Of a stretch of DNA of 64,000 bases, positions 30,486 to 43,724 are shown piece after piece. A program made the translations under genes and the position numbers. The stretch lies in assembly GCF_009914755.1 (NCBI RefSeq), contig NC_060936.1, one strand, 5' to 3'. This DNA is from the human T2T-CHM13v2.0 reference genome, Homo sapiens. Under the pieces are notes generated by a model. The model was not told the DNA's origin. It did not search any database and worked only from the letters and a program-made list of their open reading frames with translations. The number at the start of each line of letters is the position of its first letter. Within the stretch, counting starts at the first letter, position 1.

Positions 30486-32343
30486 ATTTGTTGATTTTGA
30501 ATGCAGCAAGAGTCTAGATGGACGCATGGTGGGAGGGAAGTAAGGTCAGATGGCTTTCAAGGAGAAAAAGTGCCTGGTTACGTATGACTATGGTCTAGAT
30601 GTGGGTCCACATTGGCACCATTGGTGTTTTATGAATTAGGGAGTGGCATACTGTGATTTTGTAGCAATGCCAGCTAATGAAAAATACCTATCACACATGA
30701 GCAAATTAGTAGATTCTTTTTGCATTTGCATTTTTTGCTTTTTCACTGGGTTTGTTGCATTTTTTCTTCTCTACTTGTTCGTTTGTTACAGTTTAAAATG
30801 CCCATGGAGGCAAGACAAGGAGTGAGCAGGCTGAATAAAGTAAGACAGGCATATCCAAAGAGCCGTGGGGAGCTAGAGAGGGAAGAGCAAGTGCAAAGAC
30901 TCTGAGATGCAAATAATTTTGGCTTTTAGGAGGAATAGAAAGGTTTTTCCTGGATCCAGTGAAATCTGATTGAGTTTCCTGGTATGCAAAGATAAGAACA
31001 GTTCACCAAATGCATGCAGCCTGCTGTTTTGATGTCTCACAAAGAAGTGTGATGATCTGGCTAATGTTGCACAAGGACCTGTCAGCTATGTTAGAAATAA
31101 ATCTCACACTCTCTAAAACCCAGAGCTTCTTTACTTTGTATTCCTCTGGGTGTGTGGTACTCATAGTTAGTCTCTAAAGGCTGTTTTTGAAGTGATGACA
31201 CACAGTTAAGGACACTGAGGTACAGGGGAGATGTTGTCTAAGAAAAGTGGTTCTGAAGATCCCCGGCAGCATTATCCATGATCTTGATTGACCCAGACAG
31301 AAAGAAGTCTTCTATCTTAAAAGTATTTGCCTCTGCTTTTTTCTGGGGGTGGGGCGGGGAGATGGTGGGGGGGTGGGTAGATTTGTGATCCATTGCATAG
31401 GAAGTCTCTCTTCTGAAAAAAGGGGTAAGAGTTTTTTGCTTTTATTTTCCAAGTCCCTGTCAATAGCACTGTAGCTTAGTCCACAAGCACAGCTAGAAAT
31501 ACTGGACCCTTGAACACAGTAACTCAAATGGGTTGAGTTGTTTGTCCTCTGGTTGTTTATTAATGAAAGAATAGTTGGGTCTCTTATCTGTGTGCAGTGG
31601 ACAGACTTTGCCCTTGCAGGAAGGTGAATCAAGGCAGTGCCAACTGGAGCTTGGTCTTCTTGGTCTTTTGTGTGTCCCTACATAGACCAGAAGCCCCACT
31701 TCACATGTCACAGGTCTGTAGCCAACAAAGTCTTCCCTCCTTCTGTAGGTTGAAAAGCTATTGTGGATACCTTTTATGGGAACAGCATTGGAAACAGCTT
31801 TTGAGATGTGCAACCCCAGTTTGTAAATACCACCTACCTTGTTGGTAGTCATTTATTGAGCTGCTGTACCAGGCTCCAAGTAGGATATTGGAGGTTTAAA
31901 ATAAGAAATGGTGGTGAATTTTAAGAAGCTTGTTACTGAGATGGATAAACATCTGTCTCCATCTTCCATCCTCCTGTTTATTAATTTATCCGTTATCCAT
32001 CCATCCATCCATCCTTAACTAACAGCAAAAGGCAATGTAAAGAATTCTGGATACTGAGATGAACAGAGAGTGAATACTAAGGGAATTCAAAAGAAGGAAA
32101 AGTCTTCGGGGGTCAGTACTGTTGTGGAATGATCAGAGTCTTTGACTAGAAAGGAGGAGTCTTCTCTACAATCTGCTCTTCTGTCTATGGGTTTGATGTT
32201 TGGGTTCTGAAAGGCTGGTAGTGTGGCACAGATGATAATTATACACGAGGCATGGAGGGCTGCATAACACAGGATTTGGTTGTGGGGGAGGTTGTTAAAT
32301 CTCCTTTTCCAGAGGCATTTTGGAAACATAAAAACCTATTGTC

Positions 32344-32677
<334 letters not shown>

Positions 32678-33209
32678 TTAATTGCCAGCTTCCTTCAACC
32701 TGGGCCATAATTTGAGCTGATCACTCTAGTTGGAGCATTGTGTGTTGGTCAACAGTCTGTCCAGGAAATACTCTAGGCCAGGATGGTGAATATGCAGCAG
32801 AAAGTGCCAACCCCGGCACTTGCTTATGGCTCATAGAACTAGTCACAGCATTCTCTTCTGCTGAACCCACAGGCTGCCTCAACATCTTTTCCAGAACAGT
32901 GTTCCAGGCACCCAGGGCTGTTTGACTGCATAGATACACAAGGTGAAATGTCTGCCATCCCTGCTCGTCTTCTGGCTCCTGCCCCAGCAGCTATTGCACA
33001 CATGTGGATATTGTTTCTGAAAATCAGAACTTTTGTAGCATCCTTTTATTCATTCTTATTTTATACTTCATTGCATTTTATCCTCAAACTACAAAAGCAA
33101 TTCCTACTAGTTACAAGGCAACAACATAGGAATTGAGGAAGGAAAAGCCAAGATCTCTCCCATTCCAGCCTTTGTCTTTCTATTGCCCCTCTTTTCTTCC
33201 ATATTTTCT

Positions 33210-33211
<2 letters not shown>

Positions 33212-33261
<50 letters not shown>

Positions 33262-33262
33262 A
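33212..33262 (+). repeat. (CA)~21 microsatellite plus short imperfect extension
   Basis: Direct reading. Confidence 0.98.
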
Positions 33263-33507
33263 AGATTGATAAATCTAGTTTTTAAAATTGGGTGTTGAGG
33301 ATACAGCTATGAGCAAGACAGATAAAAGTCCTCAGGAAGCTTGTATTCTAGCTGGAGATACAAACAATAAATAAGTAAGCAAATAATTAAAAGAAGTATA
33401 ATTTCAGGGAGTACTAAGTGTTATGCAAAAATTAAAGCAGGATGTCAGGATAAAGCATAATGGGACATGAAGAATATTTTAGATGATGTGGGCAGAGAAA
33501 TTGCAGC

Positions 33508-33625
33508 TCCTTTCCTCCCCCTCCTCCTCCCTCCCCTCCCCTCCCCTCAACTCCCCTCCCCTTCCCTTCCTTTTCATCCTTTCCTTTGCTTTTCTCCCTT
33601 CCTTTCTTCTTCCATCCATCCTTCC
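33508..33625 (+). repeat. Polypyrimidine low-complexity tract ((CCCCT)n/(CCTT)n)
   Basis: cctccccctcctcctccctcccctcccctcccctcaactcccctccccttcccttcc. Confidence 0.85.
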
Positions 33626-33659
33626 ATAATTCATCACAGATATCTCTTCCTGCTCTCTA

Positions 33660-33880
33660 GCCCTAGAGCCACCACACTTCCTGGGCTTGAATGCTGGCTC
33701 TGGCTCTTGTTAGCTGTGTGACCTTGGGAAAATTACCTAAACTTTCTGTTCCTCATTTTCCTCATTATTAAAACTGAAGATGGAGTTGTTATGATAATTA
33801 AGAGAGATACTATAGAGCCTAGAACAGAGCCTGATACTGGAAAGAACTCAGTAAATATTAGTGGCCATTTTTGGTTGTTA
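33660..33880 (+). mobile_element. MIR SINE
   Basis: tagctgtgtgaccttgggaaaattacctaaactttctgttcctcattttcctcatt. Confidence 0.8.
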
Positions 33881-34084
33881 TTGTGGCATTCCATCAGTTC
33901 CATGCAGCAGCTATAAGCCAGACCTGTGGACATGTGGCAGGGTTTCTTCTAGATACATTGGCAGTCTTTTAGCACCACTGCTCTCATAAGTAGGGCACCT
34001 TTGTAAAAAGAGGCCTGATCTCATAGCCCTATGGTACCTTGCATATAATAGGTGCCTCTCAAGTATTTTAAAAGTTTAAAGAAA

Positions 34085-34621
34085 ACTTTATATAGACATA
34101 TACCCACAGACAGTAAATGCACAGATTCCAATTGCATAGCTCGATGAATTTTTACAAAATGAACAAACCTGTGTAACTGTCACTCCGTTCAAGAATCGTA
34201 ATGTGACCAGCACCTCATAAGCTCCATATGCTCCTTCCCAGGGACTCCTCTCCTCTCCATGGTTACTGCTGTCCTCACAACTAGTACCATTTGGAATATA
34301 CACAAATCCATGACCCAGCAATTCCACTCCTAGCTAAATATTCAACAGCAATTCACAAATGTGTTCACCAAAAGACACACACAAGAATGCTTATAGTGGC
34401 ATTATTTATAAAGGCCCCAAACTGGAACAACCCAAGTGTCCATCAACAGTGGAATGGATGAATAAGCCACAGTATATTCATGCAGTGAGAAAACAAACTA
34501 CTGCTATATGCAATAGCTAGGTTAATATTGGTAAACTTAACGTTGATCCATAGAGACACATGGTTCCTTTTCTGTGAAATTCAAGAACAGGCAAAATGAG
34601 TCCATGGTTTTAGTAGAAGTC
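34085..34621. mobile_element. L1ME 3' end with internal inversion (34085-~34285 minus; ~34300-34621 plus)
   Basis: Left part is the antisense terminal 3' UTR. Right part is sense catgacccagcaattccactcctag...aacaggcaaaa...tagaagtc. Confidence 0.7.
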
Positions 34622-34637
34622 TCTAAAACCTTTTCAT

Positions 34638-35150
34638 TTGTAGTGGCTTAAAAATACGTCTACAAATTCTTTGATACTCCTCACTTCATGAGGTGAAGCT
34701 GAGTTCTCCACTCTGAATGTGGGCTGGATTTGGTGAGTCACTTCTAACATATAAAATACAGCAGACATGAGGTTGTGTGACATCTGAGACCAAGATGTAA
34801 AAGCATTGCATCTTTCTCGTTGTTCTGTCTCGGATCATTTTTTCTGGAGGAAGCTGGCTGCCATGTTGAGGATGCTCAAGTAGCATCTAAGGAGAGGGCC
34901 ACATGGTGAACTGAGGCCAATAGCCATTTGAGTGAGTCACCTTGGAGGTGGATCCTCCAGCCCCAGTCAAGCCTTCAGATGACTGCAGCCCCCATACCAT
35001 GACTGAAACCTCAAGAGAGAGAGAGAACCACCTGAGTCAGAGCCATCCAGCAAAAATGCTCTTGAATTCTTGAAACTTTAAGAGGAAAAATATTGTTTTG
35101 GGGTAGCTAGGGTTTGGAGGGATTTGTCATGCAGCAGGAGGTAACTAACC
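34638..35150 (+). mobile_element. MLT1F-like MaLR LTR
   Basis: tacaaattctttgatactcctc...gatcctccagccccagtcaagccttcagatgactgcagccc. Confidence 0.85.
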
Positions 35151-35237
35151 TATTCCTCTTTATCCTTTTCAACTCTGGGGTCTGCACTAAAGAGTTATTT
35201 TTTTTTCACAGCAGGATTAAAACAGATTTACTAAAGA

Positions 35238-35239
<2 letters not shown>

Positions 35240-35274
<35 letters not shown>
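35240..35274 (+). repeat. (TG)17 microsatellite
   Basis: Direct reading. Confidence 0.98.
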
Positions 35275-35275
<1 letters not shown>

Positions 35276-35949
35276 TCACTATCAATAATTGAACTTTACT
35301 ATGTCAAATGTGGTGTTAGGAGATTGTGTTCCTGGACGGAGAAAAATGATCATGGAGGAGAATTGTTGGGATGGTGAAGGAGCAGAAACTCCTCAGAGAA
35401 TGCCTTCACAGAGTGCCCTCAGGCTGCAGGTCATCCGCGGTTAAGTTCGTGTCAAGGTATGTTGCCTGCTGGATAGAGCTATACAAATGGAAGCTCTTGT
35501 TAGCAGAGAGCACTTCTTTTTTAGGTTGAAAGCAGAGGTGGCTCACAGAGACTTGCCCTTAGATTGGGGCCTGTGGGTGTTAGTTGCCAGCTTTCCATAG
35601 CCTCTACCTGCTCAGCTACTCACCTTTATATCACTTGCCTGGTCCTGGAGGCACTTGAGGTTACTACCATGGATCTGAGTAGATGGGACATGGGTAGCCT
35701 TTTGAAAGCTTTCCTAGCCGCAAGCCTGGCAGCAAAGTAGCAGAGACCCTCCCCTACTCCCCTGCAGACCTGCAGGGGCCATGGGAGCCACCATGTGGGA
35801 TGTCTCAGGGGCAGTCTGTGTGCGTGGACAGTGGAAGTTCTGCTTGCGTTCTGCTCCCTCCCATCTTTGTCCCTACACAGAACCCCACAAGTATATCTCC
35901 TCCCAAACCCTAAAAGAGAGTACAAAACCTCAGGAGGGATTCCCTCCAG

Positions 35950-36266
35950 TTAAATTAAATTAAATTAATTAATTAGTTTTTTGAGACAAGGTTTCACTCT
36001 GTTGCCCAGGCTGGAGTGCACAGTGACATGATCTCAACTCACTGCAGCCTCAACCTCCTGGGCTCGTCTGGTCCTGCTGCCTTAGCCTCCTGAGTAGCTG
36101 GGACTACAGGCACACACCACCACACCAAGCTAAAATTTTATTTTTTGTAGAGCTAGGGTTTCTCTGTGTTGCCCAGGCTGGTCTCCCAACTCCTGAGCTC
36201 AAGGCATCTGCCTGTCTCAGCCTCTCAAAGTGCGGGGATTACAGGCATCAGCCACTGTGCCCGGCC
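35950..36266 (-). mobile_element. AluJ-type
   Basis: Antisense dimer ending gccactgtgcccggcc; tail evolved into (taaat)n. Confidence 0.94.
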
Positions 36267-36524
36267 TTAGTTTTATTTTTAATACCAGCCTGGCCACATA
36301 GGACTGAGAATCAAAATTAACTTGGATTTTAGAAAGTAAAGAAAATAATATTTTTTTTGAGTTTATAGACTGAGAAATATACCTACTACGTGCTTTCCTC
36401 TCCATCCCTGGGTTGGGAGACGAGGGGCAAAGTGGAATAACATTTCCATCTTACCTGAAGGCTGGAAGCTAGTTTAGTGGGGACAATTTAGCTGGTGTGG
36501 TTAAAAATGGGTTGGAATAGGAGA

Positions 36525-36775
36525 TATGTATTTAGTGCTTGCCGTATGCCAGGTCAGGCACTGTGCTGTGTCATGGAAATACATTAACTCGCTTAATGCT
36601 CAAGGCTGCCATCCAAGTGGGCACTGTTATCCCCACTTTCCAGACATGGAAACTGGGTCTCAAAGAGGCTAAAATAACTAGCGTTGGGCTACGCAGGTAG
36701 AAAGTGGCAGCACTTGGCTTTGAACCTAGGCATCGGGGTCTGGAGGTTGTGCTCTTAGCCCCTTCATGATGCTGC
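36525..36775 (-). mobile_element. MIR SINE
   Basis: ttatccccactttccagacatggaaactggg...tttgaacctaggca. Confidence 0.75.
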
Positions 36776-37409
36776 CTTTTTGGGTACTTTCAAAGGGACC
36801 TCAGTAGGGGGAGGTTTGGGGCACTGCACCTGACCAACAGCCAAGATCATACCAAGAAAACCCACGTGGCTGAGGCCGGCTCACCTCCTGGGAGGAGTTG
36901 CAGGCTGGGACCAATAACCACAAGACCACTAGGCCAGCCCTGGCTCTGCACTACACACTTGTGTGATTGTGGATATGTGAATGATTTCTCCGTCGCAGTG
37001 TCGCAGGCTTGCATGAGGAACACCTGAGGTAATATGTGTGAAAGTACTTGGCAAGTATTCAAGTGGCAATTGGATGTGAGGTGCTGTTAGTGCTGTTCCT
37101 CCTGAGTGATGGGGGAGGGTACATCAGACTGAGCCCTGGGGGCCCTGTGATCCGATGCCAGCTTCCCTCCTGCGTAGCCTGCCTCTGTGCCCACGTTTGC
37201 AACATGGGCTCCAACACCAAGTTTTACTGGAGACCGTTTGCGACTAGAAGCCATGTCAGTAAAAGAGAGAGGCATAAGCACCTTCCTTCCAGGAGCATCT
37301 GCCTTAGCTTGAGAAGCCAAAGCAGCTTTGCCTTTGATATCAGTTTGTTGGTTTCTTTCTGTATTGGATAAAGCCTGGCATTTCAATCACAGGGACCTGC
37401 TGCATTTTG

Positions 37410-37810
37410 GATGTTTGATTGATTAATCTGAGAAGTGCATATTGAGCATTGAGTGGGTACAAAGCATTGTATGAAGTGGGAATGATACAAAAACCTAACA
37501 AGATATGTCATTTCTACTGTTATGGGTCTTAACTGTTTGAGACAACCACAATGTATATGAAAACTTACACAGGTGATTATTTAGTATTAGTTGTGGTAAA
37601 TATGAGGAAGGACAAATAGAGACGCAATACAAGAAAACAACAACAACAACAGCCTGGTTTTGTGTACCTGGGAAGGCTTCCTGGAGGAGGCATCAATTAA
37701 GATGAGAATTGAAAGATGGATAAGATTATCCAGATAATTGGGGGTAAAAGGGCTGGGGAGTGGTGTGAGGTATAAAGGTTTCAGGCATAGCAAACAGTAT
37801 ATGCGAACAC
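37410..37810 (-). mobile_element. L2 3' region
   Basis: gggaaggcttcctggaggaggc...gagaattgaaagatggataag. Confidence 0.65.
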
Positions 37811-37814
37811 CCAC

Positions 37815-38260
37815 ATCAGTCGGGGTTCAGGCAGGAACAGCTGGCACACCTCAAAGAGAACTTAATGAAGGGGCTTTTGATGAAGATGGAGGCACAGTCA
37901 AGGAAGCCAGCCAGGAACAAGCAACAGTGGCAAACAGTGATGGCCCTGGCCCAAGGAGGCGGAGACAGGGAAGTGAATTATAGTGATATGGAACAGTGCT
38001 TCGTGCAGGAACTTCATGGGACAAACCCAGGCACTGTCACAGGAGGAAGAAGCTGGGGATAGGAATATCTCAACCTCTCTTTTCTCACTGTCTAATCTCC
38101 TACTGTCTCTCCTATTGGTTGAACCCAACTGGAAGCCAGAGAGAGGACGAAGGAGCCTCTGAGTAATGCTGTTCATAGCTTTCAGCCTCTAATGGTACAG
38201 GGCAGGGCAGAAAAGTCTAGACAATGGATCTGGAGGGGCAAACAGAGAACAACCCATATA
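37815..38260 (-). mobile_element. Old ERVL LTR (LTR41/33-like)
   Basis: cctattggttgaacccaactggaagccagag...ggatctggaggggcaaacagag. Confidence 0.45.
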
Positions 38261-38329
38261 GCCAGGTAGGAACTGAGAAAGACCAGTAGGAAAGCCTGGA
38301 GCCACAAGCCTAAAGAGAATTCAAACAGC

Positions 38330-38510
38330 ACCCACTAAGTGCTTAAAATTCAGTTCTCAGAGGACATCAGTGAGGTGGCTACTATGATTCCATTTTACTG
38401 ATCAGAAAACTGAGGCTCAGAGAGGTTAAGTAACTTGCCCAGCAGATAAACAGTAGAGCCAGGATTTGAATCCAGGCAGTCTGGTTCCAGAGTCCATGCT
38501 TGACAGATTT
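38330..38510 (-). mobile_element. MIR SINE
   Basis: aaactgaggctcagagaggttaagtaacttgccca...ggatttgaatccaggcagtctgg. Confidence 0.88.
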
Positions 38511-38953
38511 TGGACTTCTTCTAACAATAGAAGTGATTAGGGGAGAGCGTTAAGGTGGGCAGCGACAGCTTGGGATTTTGAGCAGACCACCTGGTTGCTG
38601 CATGGTTTGCAGCAGTGGTTGCAAATGATACACATGAGGATGATGGCAGTGACATGGAGAGACACTCGGGACTTATTGATTGACTTGGGTGTCAAGTGGG
38701 CGACAGGGTTGATCTGTAGGTTTCTGGTTTGAGTGCTTTGAGGTTGGCAGTCCTTTCTCAAGGGGGACAAGAGAAGTCATTAGTTTCCTTTTTATTTTGG
38801 GTGGGTTGATATCTTGAGTTCAGTTTTTGGACAAAGTAAGTTTGATTTTCCTTTCAACTTCTAAGAGATGATTTCAAGTATTCATTTGGCTATGAATCTG
38901 GGACTTGGAAGAAAGTTCTGTGCTGTAAAAATAAGTCTGGGGATCATCATAAT

Positions 38954-39255
38954 ATGGAGGCCATTATCCTAAGTGAAGTAACCCAGAAACAGAAAATCAA
39001 ATACCATATGTTCTCACTTCCATGTGGGAGCTACAGTGGGTCACATGGATGTAAAGATGGAAATAATAGACACTGGAGACTCCAGGAGTGGGGAGGTTGG
39101 AAGGGGGATGAGGGTTGAAAAATTATCAATTGGGTACAATGTTCAGTATTTGAGTGATGGGCACACTAGAAGCCCAAACCTCACCATTATGCAATGTACC
39201 CATGTGACAAACCTGCACAGGTACCTCCTGAGTCTAAATTTTAAGAAAAAAATAT
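38954..39255 (+). mobile_element. L1PB 3' end
   Basis: tggaggccattatcctaagtgaa...cattatgcaatgtacccatgtgacaaacctgcac plus A tail. Confidence 0.88.
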
Positions 39256-39859
39256 AGGTGGCAAATAAAGCTGTGAAAATGGATGTATGTATATGTGCAT
39301 GTGTGTGCCTGTGTGTTTCTTGGTAGCTGTGAGGACCCAGGCTAGTTGAGAAGTCTTCATGGACAGGAAATATCCAGTGCATCAGGGTGAACCGTTGAGT
39401 GTGTCTGGGTTGGAGAGGAAGAGGTGAAAAAAATTCATTATGGCTGACACAATGCTTTAAATTACTGTGATGAAATGATTATTAGCCACCTGAAAGTTGA
39501 TATGACTAGACATTTTACAAATAGCAGGTTTGACTTCTGTCAATGAGTTTAATTCCATAAAAGGTCAGGTTATTTTGAGTTATGAATTGAATTTTTGTAT
39601 CTTAGCTTTTTAAAATTAATATTTATTACCAAAGTGATGGATATGACAACAGAGGATCTCTGATTATTTCCATAAATTCCCTTTATTTAATATTTGCTCT
39701 CTGTGCTCACAAGGGCAGTTGAAATATTGAACATCCTTCCACCATCTGTTCTCTTGTCCTTGGATTACAGACGGTAAAGTTATGTGTGTATCTTCTGTGA
39801 ACTTTGAGAGGGTTTTATCTGGTCCTCGGAGTGGTAGAAATGTCAGAGCCTGATTGTTT

Positions 39860-40400
39860 TTTGTCAGTGAACTTTTGATTGCAAATAGAAGACACCCAAC
39901 TCAAAGTGGCTTAAGGGTAATTTCCTGGCTCGTGTAATTGAAGAGTTCGAAGAGAGTCTCAGGTCTGGCTGGATCCAGACGCTGAGATGGAGTGGCCAGA
40001 AAGCAAGCTCTTTCCATTAATTGCCTCTGCATTTCTCTGATGGTTTTATTCTTAGGCGGGTGGTAGACTCTTGCAGTGCTTATTGCTTAGTGGAGAGACA
40101 GCTGGAATCAACAATCCCTGACAAATCCTGAGTCACATGTCTACTTGTGAGCCAATCAACTGTGGCCAGGGAATGGGAAAGTCTGATTGGCTTGGTTGGG
40201 TCAAATGGTTCCTCCTTGGACCAATCACTCTGTCAGGAGGACACAATGCTTTGATTGGCCACATACATACCAATCCCTGAAACCAACAGTGGAGTCAGCC
40301 CAGCATGAACTACCTGGACTGAGTGTGAGTGTGGCTCCTCAATGGGAAATACAAGCACTGTGTAGGAGTAGGGGCTGGATGCTGGGCAGTTTCCATTAAT
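39860..40400 (-). mobile_element. Old MaLR LTR (MLT1K-like)
   Basis: gattgcaaatagaagacacccaactcaaagtggcttaag...gagccaatcaactgtggccagggaatggg. Confidence 0.55.
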
Positions 40401-40589
40401 CTTTCTGGTCTTATGTGTGTGGGACAACCAGGGTTGGGAGTTTGTTGGATGATTCTCACAGTAGTTTTTCTCTAGTTCTCAGTCTTCCCCTGAAGCATTT
40501 TAGCACCAAAGGATGATTCTTTTGGATGTCAGCATTTCAGTCTAGGCTGGTTTATGAAGGGGACAGCACTTGGACACTCTTATCACCCA

Positions 40590-41110
40590 CATCATCATCG
40601 TGAACACTGTATAGTACTAATTATATGCCAGGCTCTGTTCTAAGCACTTTGTATATACTGTCTCCATTTAATCCCTGCAGTGACACTGTGAGGTAGGTAC
40701 TATTATTTATTTGTTTGTTTGTTTGTTTTTGAAATGGGGTCTTGCTCTGTCAACCAGGCTGGAGTGCAGTGGTGTGATCATGGCTCACTGCAGCCTTGAC
40801 CTCCTGGGCTCAGGTGATCCTCCCACCTCTGAGGTAGCTGGGACTGCAGGCACGTGCCACCACACTTAGCTAATTTTCATACTTTTTCTGGAGATGGGAT
40901 CTTGCTATGTTTCCCAGGCTGGTCTCAAACTCTTGGGTGCAAGTGATCCACCTGCCTTGCCCTCCCAAAGTGCTTGGATTACAGGCATGAGAGCCACCAC
41001 ACCTGGCCAGTACTGTCATTAATATGCCCAATTTTACAGGTGAGGAAACAGAGGCACAAAGAGGTTACATGACTTTTCCACGTTCACACAGCTAGAGTCT
41101 TGAATTCAAG
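40590..41110 (-). mobile_element. MIR SINE split by an Alu
   Basis: tatatgccaggctctgttctaagcacttt...[Alu]...ttttacaggtgaggaaacagaggcac. Confidence 0.8.
40705..41008 (-). mobile_element. AluJ-type
   Basis: gatcatggctcactgcagccttgacctcctgggctcagg diagnostic block. Confidence 0.95.
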
Positions 41111-41166
41111 GCAGACATACAGCTTTAACATCACTGTTGTAGAAATTATGCCTACAGTGGTCTTAA

Positions 41167-41520
<354 letters not shown>

Positions 41521-42327
41521 TAACGCCTGACAGGTAGCAGATACTTGGCAAATAGACCTTAAATTAAATGGAATGCCTCCCAGACATATTTGAATCCCAA
41601 AGCCCTGAGACTCAATCTTCTTTCCAAATCCTTTTCATTTCAAAAGCATTTTTAGTTCTTAATTACTCTCCATTTACAAATCCCAGGTTCCCATGAAACA
41701 CTATTACCCTACTAATTGAATCATGAGAAACCCTTTATTGGGCCCTGAGAAAATATCAACTTCCCTACCTCCTGCCAAGTGTTGGTCATGGTGTGTATAT
41801 ATTTGTGTATTTAATGATTTTGCTGTGAGAGAGATGCACATTGTCATTAACTTATTTTGTGGAGCATAAGGACCAGAGTCCATGGTTGAGAATGACAGAA
41901 GAGAAGACTTTCTGCATTGGGGAACCTCTGTCATGTCAGAATTTAGATGTGATCTGAAGGAGGATTGATTTTCTTGTTAGGAACCAATGCTTGGGGCACC
42001 AATGCTTGGAGCTATGAAAAGAAGTGAAGTGGATGAACAAAGCACATTCCTGATAGTGGGACAATAACGGACTTGAAATTGTGGCAGGTGTTGATTTCAT
42101 GACAGTGACACAGAATACCCAGTGTTTGTAGGAAAGTTGCTTCCTGTTCTGTTTACATGCACTGAGAAAAATAAGAGTATGTCCCACATAGTGACAAGGA
42201 CAGAACAGTTAGGGAGCATCAGCAGCTCAGTTCAGGGTCCAGTTTGCTTGGAAAAGATATCATCGGCATTTGCATTGGGGGCAGGCAGGGGTGGGCATTA
42301 TCTAGAGAGGGACTGAAAAATCTACCT

Positions 42328-42540
42328 AGAGTGTTCTCCATGGGAGAACTATTGGCATTGGATGTGGGATGAGACTTTTCTGTGCACTGCAGGGCATTTA
42401 GCATCCCTAACCCTAATCCTCTAAATGCTGACAATCCTCTTACCTGCTTCCTGAGTTATTGGGAAATCCCAACTACCCCTACTCATTTTTATATATGTGC
42501 CTTCTAGGGGGTGGTATCTCATCGATTGAAAACCATTGCC
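42328..42540. mobile_element. Small hAT-Charlie MITE (MER20/MER103-like)
   Basis: gtgcactgcagggcatttagcatccct...gattgaaaaccattg. Confidence 0.5.
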
Positions 42541-42921
42541 TGTAGGGACCAGGCTGGTAGCATAAATGATCAAAGAAGACCGATGTGAGAAAACAGTTGA
42601 CATAGATACAGACACAGAAGTCTTTTCATTTCCTTCTAAGTCAATGCAGAGAAAAAGCGTAGGGTAAACGCAGTAATTAGTAGCAACCAGCAGTCAGCCT
42701 CAGTGTCAGGGAGGCAGTAGGGACTGGCGGTGGGGGGGATGTGGTAACTGGAGAGTGGGCCTTGGCTGATGGAGCAGCTGCTGCTCAGCTCAAGCCCATT
42801 GTTACTGGGCAGGAATGCAAGTTCAGTGTGGTCAAGTTTCAGTAAAGTCAGAAATCTGGGTTTTTATGTGAAATTGTCTGATGCTTACGTATTGGCTATC
42901 AAATTGAAAGTTTTAAGACAT

Positions 42922-43508
42922 GGTCTAATTGTTATCTATTGGTGAGTAGCAAAATCACCACAAACTTAAAGGCTTAAAACATCACCCATTTATTATCTCA
43001 TCGTTTCTGTGGGTTGAGAGTCCAGGCATGGCTCAGCTGGGTCCTCAGCTTTGGATCTCACAGGCTGCAGCCCAGGTGTTGTCTGGGCAGTGTTCTCATC
43101 TGGAGGCCCAACTGGTGAAGAATCTGCTTCAAGCTGATTCAGTTGTTGGCAGAATTTATTTCCTTTTTGTGGTATGGCTGAGAGCCCTGGATTTTTGCTG
43201 GCTGGTGCCTGGAGGCTGCCCTCTGTTCCTAGAGCCCCACTTCCCCCAGGTTATTGTCACATAGGTCTTCCAACCTGACTGCCTGTTTCTTCAAAGCCAC
43301 CCAAGAAGATAGTTCTAGTCAGTCAGCTAGTGAGATGGTCTTATAAACCTAATGTGGTCATGGAGTGACATTCCAGTGCCTTTGCATTATTTAATTAGTT
43401 ACAAGGAAGTCTCAGTTCCTACCCACACTCAAGGGAAACAGATTTACAAAGCTGTAATCATCAGGAGCCAGGGATCGTAGCAGATCATCCTAAAGTTTAT
43501 ATACACAT
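42922..43508 (-). mobile_element. MLT1E-like MaLR LTR
   Basis: caaacttaaaggcttaaaaca...gttgttggcagaatttatttcctt...cccacactcaaggg. Confidence 0.8.
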
Positions 43509-43656
43509 ACATATGGCATGTACTGTCACCAAATGAGTGGCTAAGTAAAACATGCCGTAGGCTGGGTCCACTTATTTTGTGCTAGGTTTAGATACTTGGG
43601 GCCAAGGCAGAGTTTTGGACTTGCTTATCTTGTTGCTGTGGAAGATGTGAAGAAGG

Positions 43657-43658
<2 letters not shown>

Positions 43659-43706
<48 letters not shown>
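43659..43706 (+). repeat. (GT)24 microsatellite
   Basis: Direct reading. Confidence 0.98.
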
Positions 43707-43708
<2 letters not shown>

Positions 43709-43724
43709 TGAGGGATGGGCTATA

